Positions 56,531 through 64,000 of a stretch of DNA of 64,000 nucleotides are shown piece after piece. The notes beneath the pieces were generated by a model. That model searched no databases. It had not been told where the DNA came from and saw only the letters and a list, made by a program, of their open reading frames with translations. Position 1 is the first letter of the stretch. Every line of letters starts with the position of its first letter. The DNA is from Eledone cirrhosa (lineage: Eukaryota), in the NCBI GenBank assembly GCA_964016885.1, contig OZ024741.1, positions 32,550,001-32,614,000 of the forward strand, given 5' to 3'. The position numbers were made by a program, and so were the translations under genes.

Positions 56531-59500
56531 GCTGTATAATATTTGTATTTATTCCAGATGTAATAAGCCTACATATCTCAGATGTTATACAACATGGCTG
56601 TATACTATTTGTATTTATTCCAGATGTAATAAGCCTACATATCTCAGATGTTATACAACATGGCTGTATAATATTTGTATTTATTCCAGATGTAATAAGC
56701 CTACATATCTCAGATGTTATACAACATGGCTGTATCATATTTGTATTTATTCCAGATGTCATAAGCCTACATATCTCAGTTGTTATACAACATGGCTGTA
56801 TAATATTTGTATTTATTGCAGATGTAATAAGCCTACATATCTCAGTTGTTATACAACATGGCTGTATAATATTTGTATTTATTCCAGATGAAATAAGCCT
56901 ACATATCTCAGTTGTTATACAACATGGCTGTATAATATTTGTATTTATTCCAGATGTAATAAGCCTACGTATCTCAGTTTTTATACAACATGGCTGTATA
57001 ATATTTGTAATTATTCCAGATGTAATAAGCCTACATATCTCAGTTGTTATACAACATGGCTGTATAATATTTGTATTTATTCCAGATGTAATAAGCCTAC
57101 ATATCTCAGATGTTATACAACATGGCTGTATAATATTTGTATTTATTCCAGATGTAATAAGCCTACATTTCGCAGTTGTTATACAGCATGGCTGTATAAT
57201 ATTTGTATTTATTCCAGATGTAATAAGCCTACATTTCGCAGTTGTTATACAGCATGGCTGTATAATATTTGTATTTATTCCAGATGTAATAAGCCTACAT
57301 ATCACAGATGTTATACAACATGGCTGTATAATATTTGTATTTATTCCAGATGTATTAAGACTACATTTCGCAGTTGTTATACAGCATGGCTGTATAATAT
57401 TTGTATTTATTCCAGATGTAATAAGCCTACATATCTCAGATGTTTTACAACATGGCTGTATAATATGTGTATTTATTCCAGATGTAATAAGCCTACATAT
57501 CTCAGATGTTATACGACATGGCTGTATAATATTTGTATTTATTCCAGATGTAATAAGTCTACATATCTCAGATGTTATACAACATGGCTGTATAATATTT
57601 GTATTTATTCCAGATGTAATAAGCCTACATATCTCAGATGTTATACAACATGGCTGTATAATATTTGTATTTATTCCAGATGTAATAAGCCTACATATCT
57701 CAGATGTTATACAACATGGCTGTATAATATTTGTATTTATTCCAGATGTAATAAGCCTACATATCTCAGTTGTTATACAACATGTCTGTATAATATTTGT
57801 ATTTATTCCAGATGTAATAAGCCTACATATCTCAGTTGTTATACAGCATGGCTGTATAATATTTGTATTTATTCCAGATGTAATAAGCCTACATATCTCA
57901 GTTGTTATACAACATGTCTGTATAATATTTGTATTTATTCCAGATGTTATAAGCCTACATATCTCAGTTGTTATACAACATGGCTGTATAATATTTGTAT
58001 TTTTTCCAGATGTAATATGCTTACATATCTCAGTTGTTATACAACATGGCTGTATAATATTTGTATTTATTCCAGATGTAATAAGCCTACATATCTCAGT
58101 TGTTATACAACATGTCTGTATAATATTTGTATTTATCCCAGATGTAATAAGCCTACATATCTCAGTTGTTATACAACATGGCTGTATAATATTTGTATAT
58201 ATTCCAGATGTAATATGCCTACATATCTCAGTTGTTATACAACATGGCTGTATAATATTTGTATTTATTCCAGATGTAATAAGCCTACATATCTCAGTTG
58301 TTATACAACATGGCTGTATAATATTTGTATTTATTCCAGATGTAATAAGCCTACATATCTCAGATGTTATACAACATGGCTGTATAATATTTGTATTTAT
58401 TCCAGATGTAATAAGCCTACATTTCGCAGTTGTTATACAGCATGGCTGTATAATATTTGTATTTATTCAAGATGTAATAAGCCTACATATCTCAATTGTC
58501 ATACAACATGGCTGTATAATATTTGTATTTATTCCAGATGTAATAAGCCTACATATCTCAGATGTTATACAACATGGCTGTATACTATTTGTATTTATTC
58601 CAGATGTAATAAGCCTACATATCACAGATGTTATACAACATGGCTGTATAATATTTGTATTTATTCCAGATGTAATAAGCCTACATATCTCAGATGTTAT
58701 ACAACATGGCTGTATCATATTTGTATTTATTCCAGATGTAATAAGCTTACATATCTCAGTTGTTATACAACATGGCTGTATAATATTTGTGTTTATTGCA
58801 GATGTAATAGGCCTACATATCTCAGTTGTTATACAACATGGCTGTATAATATTTGTATTTATTCCAGATGTAATAAGCCTACATATCTCAGTTGTTATAC
58901 AACATGGCTGTATAATATTTGTATTTATTCCAGATGTAATAAGCCTACATATCTCAGATGTTATACAACATGGCTGTATACTATTTGTATTTATTCCAGA
59001 TGTAATAAGCCTACATATCTCAGATGTTATACAACATGGCTGTATAATATTTGTATTTATTCCAGATGTAATAAGCCTACATATCTCAGATGTTATACAA
59101 CATGGCTGTATCATATTTGTATTTATTCCAGATGTCATAAGCCTACATATCTCAGTTGTTATACAACATGGCTGTATAATATTTGTATTTATTGCAGATG
59201 TAATAAGCCTACATATCTCAGTTGTTATACAACATGGCTGTATAATATTTGTATTTATTCCAGATGAAATAAGCCTACATATCTCAGTTGTTATACAACA
59301 TGGCTGTATAATATTTGTATTTATTCCAGATGTAATAAGCCTACGTATCTCAGTTTTTATACAACATGGCTGTATAATATTTGTAATTATTCCAGATGTA
59401 ATAAGCCTACATATCTCAGTTGTTATACAACATGGCTGTATAATATTTGTATTTATTCCAGATGTAATAAGCCTACATATCTCAGATGTTATACAACATG

Positions 59501-60160
59501 GCTGTATAATATTTGTATTTATTCCAGATGTAATAAGCCTACATTTCGCAGTTGTTATACAGCATGGCTGTATAATATTTGTATTTATTCCAGATGTAAT
59601 AAGCCTACATTTCGCAGTTGTTATACAGCATGGCTGTATAATATTTGTATTTATTCCAGATGTAATAAGCCTACATATCACAGATGTTATACAACATGGC
59701 TGTATAATATTTGTATTTATTCCAGATGTATTAAGACTACATTTCGCAGTTGTTATACAGCATGGCTGTATAATATTTGTATTTATTCCAGATGTAATAA
59801 GCCTACATATCTCAGATGTTTTACAACATGGCTGTATAATATGTGTATTTATTCCAGATGTAATAAGCCTACATATCTCAGATGTTATACGACATGGCTG
59901 TATAATATTTGTATTTATTCCAGATGTAATAAGTCTACATATCTCAGATGTTATACAACATGGCTGTATAATATTTGTATTTATTCCAGATGTAATAAGC
60001 CTACATATCTCAGATGTTATACAACATGGCTGTATAATATTTGTATTTATTCCAGATGTAATAAGCCTACATATCTCAGATGTTATACAACATGGCTGTA
60101 TAATATTTGTATTTATTCCAGATGTAATAAGCCTACATATCTCAGTTGTTATACAACATG
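55329..60160. repeat. Tandem duplication of a 36-monomer block (offset 2376 bp), with a further partial copy at about 62100-63400
   Basis: ORF landmarks 56091/58467, 57465/59841, 56891/59267. Private GTTTTACAAC...ATATGTGT and GATGAAAT variants are paired. The landmark at 62427 is +3960 (60 monomers) from 58467. Confidence 0.9.
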
Positions 60161-63100
60161 GCTGTATAATATTTGTATTTATTCCAGATGTAATATGCTT
60201 ACATATCTCAGTTGTTATACAACATGGCTGTATATTATATGTATTTATTCCAGATGTAATAAGCCTACATATCTCAGTTGTTATACAACATGTCTGTATA
60301 ATATTTGTATTTATCCCAGATGTAATAAGGCTACATATCTCAGTTGTTATACAACATGGCTGTATAATATTTGTATTTATTCCAGATGTAATAAGCCTAC
60401 ATATCTCAGATGTTATACAACATGGCTGTATACTATTTGTATTTATTCCAGATGTAATAAGCCTACATATCTCAGATGTTATACAACATGGCTGTATAAT
60501 ATTTGTATTTATTCCAGATGTAATAAGCCTACATATCTCAGATGTTATACAACATGGCTGTATCATATTTGTATTTATTCCAGATGTCATAAGCCTACAT
60601 ATCTCAGTTGTTATACAACATGGATGTATAATATTTGTATTTATTGCAGATGTAATAAGCCTACATATCTCAGTTTTTATACAACATGGCTGTATAATAT
60701 TTGTATTTATTCCAGATGTAATAAGCCTACATATCTCAGTTTTTATACAACATGGCTGTATAATATTTGTAATTATTCCAGATGTAATAAGCATACATAT
60801 CTCAGTTGTTATACAACATGGCTGTATAATATTTGTATTTATTCCAGATGTAATAAGCCTACATATCTCAGTTGTTATACAACATGGCTGTATAATATTT
60901 GTATTTATTCCAGATGTAATAAGCCTACATATCTCAGATGTTATACAACATGGCTGTATAATATTTGTATTTATTCCAGATGTAATAAGCCTACATTTCG
61001 CAGTTGTTATACAGCATGGCTGTATAATATTTGTATTTATTCCAGATGTAATAAGCCTACATATCTCAGATGTTATACAACATGGCTGTATAATATTTGT
61101 ATTTATTCCAGATGTATTAAGACTACATTTCGCAGTTGTTATACAGCATGGCTGTATAATATTTGTATTTATTCCAGATGTAATAAGCCTACATATCTCA
61201 GATGTTATACAACATGGCTGTATAATATTTGTATTTATTCCAGATGTAATAAGCCTACATATCTCAGATGTTATACAACATGGCTGTATAATATTTGTAT
61301 TTATTCCAGATGTAATAAGCCTACATATCTCAGTTGTTATACAACATGGCTGTATAATATTTGTATTTATTCCAGATGTAATATGCTTACATATCTCAGT
61401 TGTTATACAACATGGCTGTATAATATTTGTATTTATTCCAGATGTAATAGGCCTACATATTTCAGTTGTTATACAACATGTCTGTATAATATTTGTATTT
61501 ATCCCAGATGTAATAAGCCTACATATCTCAGTTGTTATACAACATGGCTGTATAATATTTGTATTTATTCCAGATGTAATAAGCCTACATATCTCAGATG
61601 TTATACAACATGGCTGTATACTATTTGTATTTATTCCAGATGTAATAAGCCTACATATCTCAGATGTTATACAACATGGCTGTATAATATTTGTATTTAT
61701 TCCAGATGTAATAAGCCTACATATCTCAGATGTTATACAACATGGCTGTATCATATTTGTATTTATTCCAGATGTCATAAGCCTACATATCTCAGTTGTT
61801 ATACAACATGGCTGTATAATATTTGTATTTATTGCAGATGTAATAAGCCTACATATCTCAGTTTTTATACAACATGGCTGTATAATATTTGTATTTATTC
61901 CAGATGTAATAAGCCTACATATCTCAGTTGTTATACAACATGGCTGTATAATATTTGTATTTATTCCAGATGTAATAAGCCTACATATCTCAGTTTTTGT
62001 ACAACATGGCCGTATAATATTTGTAATTATTCCAGATGTAATAAGCCTACATATCTCAGTTGTTATACAACATGGCTGTATAATATTTGTATTTATTCCA
62101 GATGTAATAAGCCTACATATCTCAGTTGTTATACAACATGGCTGTATAATATTTGTATATATTCCAGATGTAATATGCCTACATATCTCAGTTGTTATAC
62201 AACATGGCTGTATAATATTTGTATTTATTCCAGATGTAATAAGCCTACATATCTCAGTTGTTATACAACATGGCTGTATAATATTTGTATTTATTCCAGA
62301 TGTAATAAGCCTACATATCTCAGATGTTATACAACATGGCTGTATAATATTTGTATTTATTCCAGATGTAATAAGCCTACATTTCGCCGTTGTTATACAG
62401 CATGGCTGTATAATATTTGTATTTATTCAAGATGTAATAAGCCTACATATCTCAATTGTCATACAACATGGCTGTATAATATTTGTATTTATTCCAGATG
62501 TAATAAGCCTACATATCTCAGATGTTATACAACATGGCTGTATACTATTTGTATTTATTCCAGATGTAATAAGCCTACATATCACAGATGTTATACAACA
62601 TGGCTGTATAATATTTGTATTTATTCCAGATGTAATAAGCCTACATATCTCAGATGTTATACAACATGGCTGTATCATATTTGTATTTATTCCAGATGTA
62701 ATTAGCTTACATATCTCAGTTGTTATACAACATGGCTGTATAATATTTGTGTTTATTGCAGATGTAATAGGCCTACATATCTCAGTTGTTATACAACATG
62801 GCTGTATAATATTTGTATTTATTCCAGATGTAATAAGCCTACATATCTCAGTTGTTATACAACATGGCTGTATAATATTTGTATTTATTCCAGATGTAAT
62901 AAGCCTACATATCTCAGATGTTATACAACATGGCTGTATACTATTTGTATTTATTCCAGATGTAATAAGCCTACATATCTCAGATGTTATACAACATGGC
63001 TGTATAATATTTGTATTTATTCCAGATGTAATAAGCCTACATATCTCAGATGTTATACAACATGGCTGTATCATATTTGTATTTATTCCAGATGTCATAA

Positions 63101-64000
63101 GCCTACATATCTCAGTTGTTATACAACATGGCTGTATAATATTTGTATTTATTGCAGATGTAATAAGCCTACATATCTCAGTTGTTATACAACATGGCTG
63201 TATAATATTTGTATTTATTCCAGATGAAATAAGCCTACATATCTCAGTTGTTATACAACATGGCTGTATAATATTTGTATTTATTCCAGATGTAATAAGC
63301 CTACATATCTCAGTTTTTATACAACATGGCTGTATAATATTTGTAATTATTCCAGATGTAATAAGCCTACATATCTCAGTTGTTATACAACATGGCTGTA
63401 TAATATTTGTATTTATTCCAGATGTAATAAGCCTACATATCTCAGTTGTTATATAACATGGCTGTATAATATTTGTATTTATTCCAGATGTAATAAGCCT
63501 ACATATATCAGATGTTATACAACATGGCTGTATAATATTTGTATTTATTCCAGATGTAATAAGCCTACATTTCGCAGTTGTTATACAGCATGGCTGTATA
63601 ATATTTGTATTTATTCCAGATGTAATAAGCCTACATATCACAGATGTTATACAACATGGCTGTATAATATTTGTATTTATTCCAGATGTATTAAGACTAC
63701 ATTTCGCAGTTGTTATACAGCATGGCTGTATAATATTTGTATTTATTCCAGATGTAATAAGCCTACATATCTCAGATGTTATACAACATGGCTGTATAAT
63801 ATTTGTATTTATTCCAGATGTAATAAGCCTACATATCTCAGATGTTATACAACATGGCTGTATAATATTTGTATTTATTCCAGATGTAATAAGCCTACAT
63901 ATCTCAGTTGTTATACAACATGGCTGTATAATATTTGTATTTATTCCAGATGTAATATGCTTACATATCTCAGTTGTTATACAACATGGCTGTATAATAT

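Larger units (their letters stand above)
1..64000. repeat. 66-bp tandem satellite array, about 970 head-to-tail monomers, open at both window ends
   Basis: Directly visible. GCCTACATATCTCAG[A/T]TGTTATACAACATGGCTGTATAATATTTGTATTTATTCCAGATGTAATAA recurs every 66 bp (monomer starts at 68, 662, 16370, 63761 are consistent once the listed indels are counted). Most monomers differ from consensus by only a few substitutions. All supplied ORFs are 22-aa repeats. No inverted block or foreign insertion was seen. Confidence 0.99.

Noticed and set aside
1-64000. CRISPR array (66-bp period with a palindromic segment)
   Set aside because: The whole 66 bp is conserved, so there are no unique spacers. No leader or cas gene is present.
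1-64000. Nucleosome phasing because 3 x 66 = 198 bp
   Set aside because: I see no trimer periodicity in the variants, and the duplication offsets (38, 11, 65, 16, 49, 17 monomers) are often not multiples of three. It remains a numerical coincidence without MNase data.

Overview
The whole 64 kb window is one uninterrupted head-to-tail tandem array of about 970 copies of a 66-bp AT-rich monomer (consensus GCCTACATATCTCAGWTGTTATACAACATGGCTGTATAATATTTGTATTTATTCCAGATGTAATAA, 19/66 = about 29% GC). All copies are in the same orientation and the array runs off both ends. I see no unique sequence, gene, RNA gene, transposon or CRISPR spacer. The very long ORFs (up to 4925 aa) are best explained as artefacts: 66 is divisible by 3 and three of the six frames of the consensus lack a stop codon. 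This looks like eukaryotic-type satellite DNA (inference; I cannot name the family or taxon). The structure worth noting is internal: (i) each monomer has an imperfect 15-bp-arm dyad whose core is made perfect by a recurrent linked variant; (ii) monomer length is strongly conserved, with only four distinct indel events; (iii) shared variants record nested and overlapping block duplications of 6 to 69 monomers with no fixed higher-order period; (iv) some variants are confined to sub-domains of the array. I found no evidence for a novel protein-coding system. Counts and breakpoints were read by eye and should be confirmed computationally.
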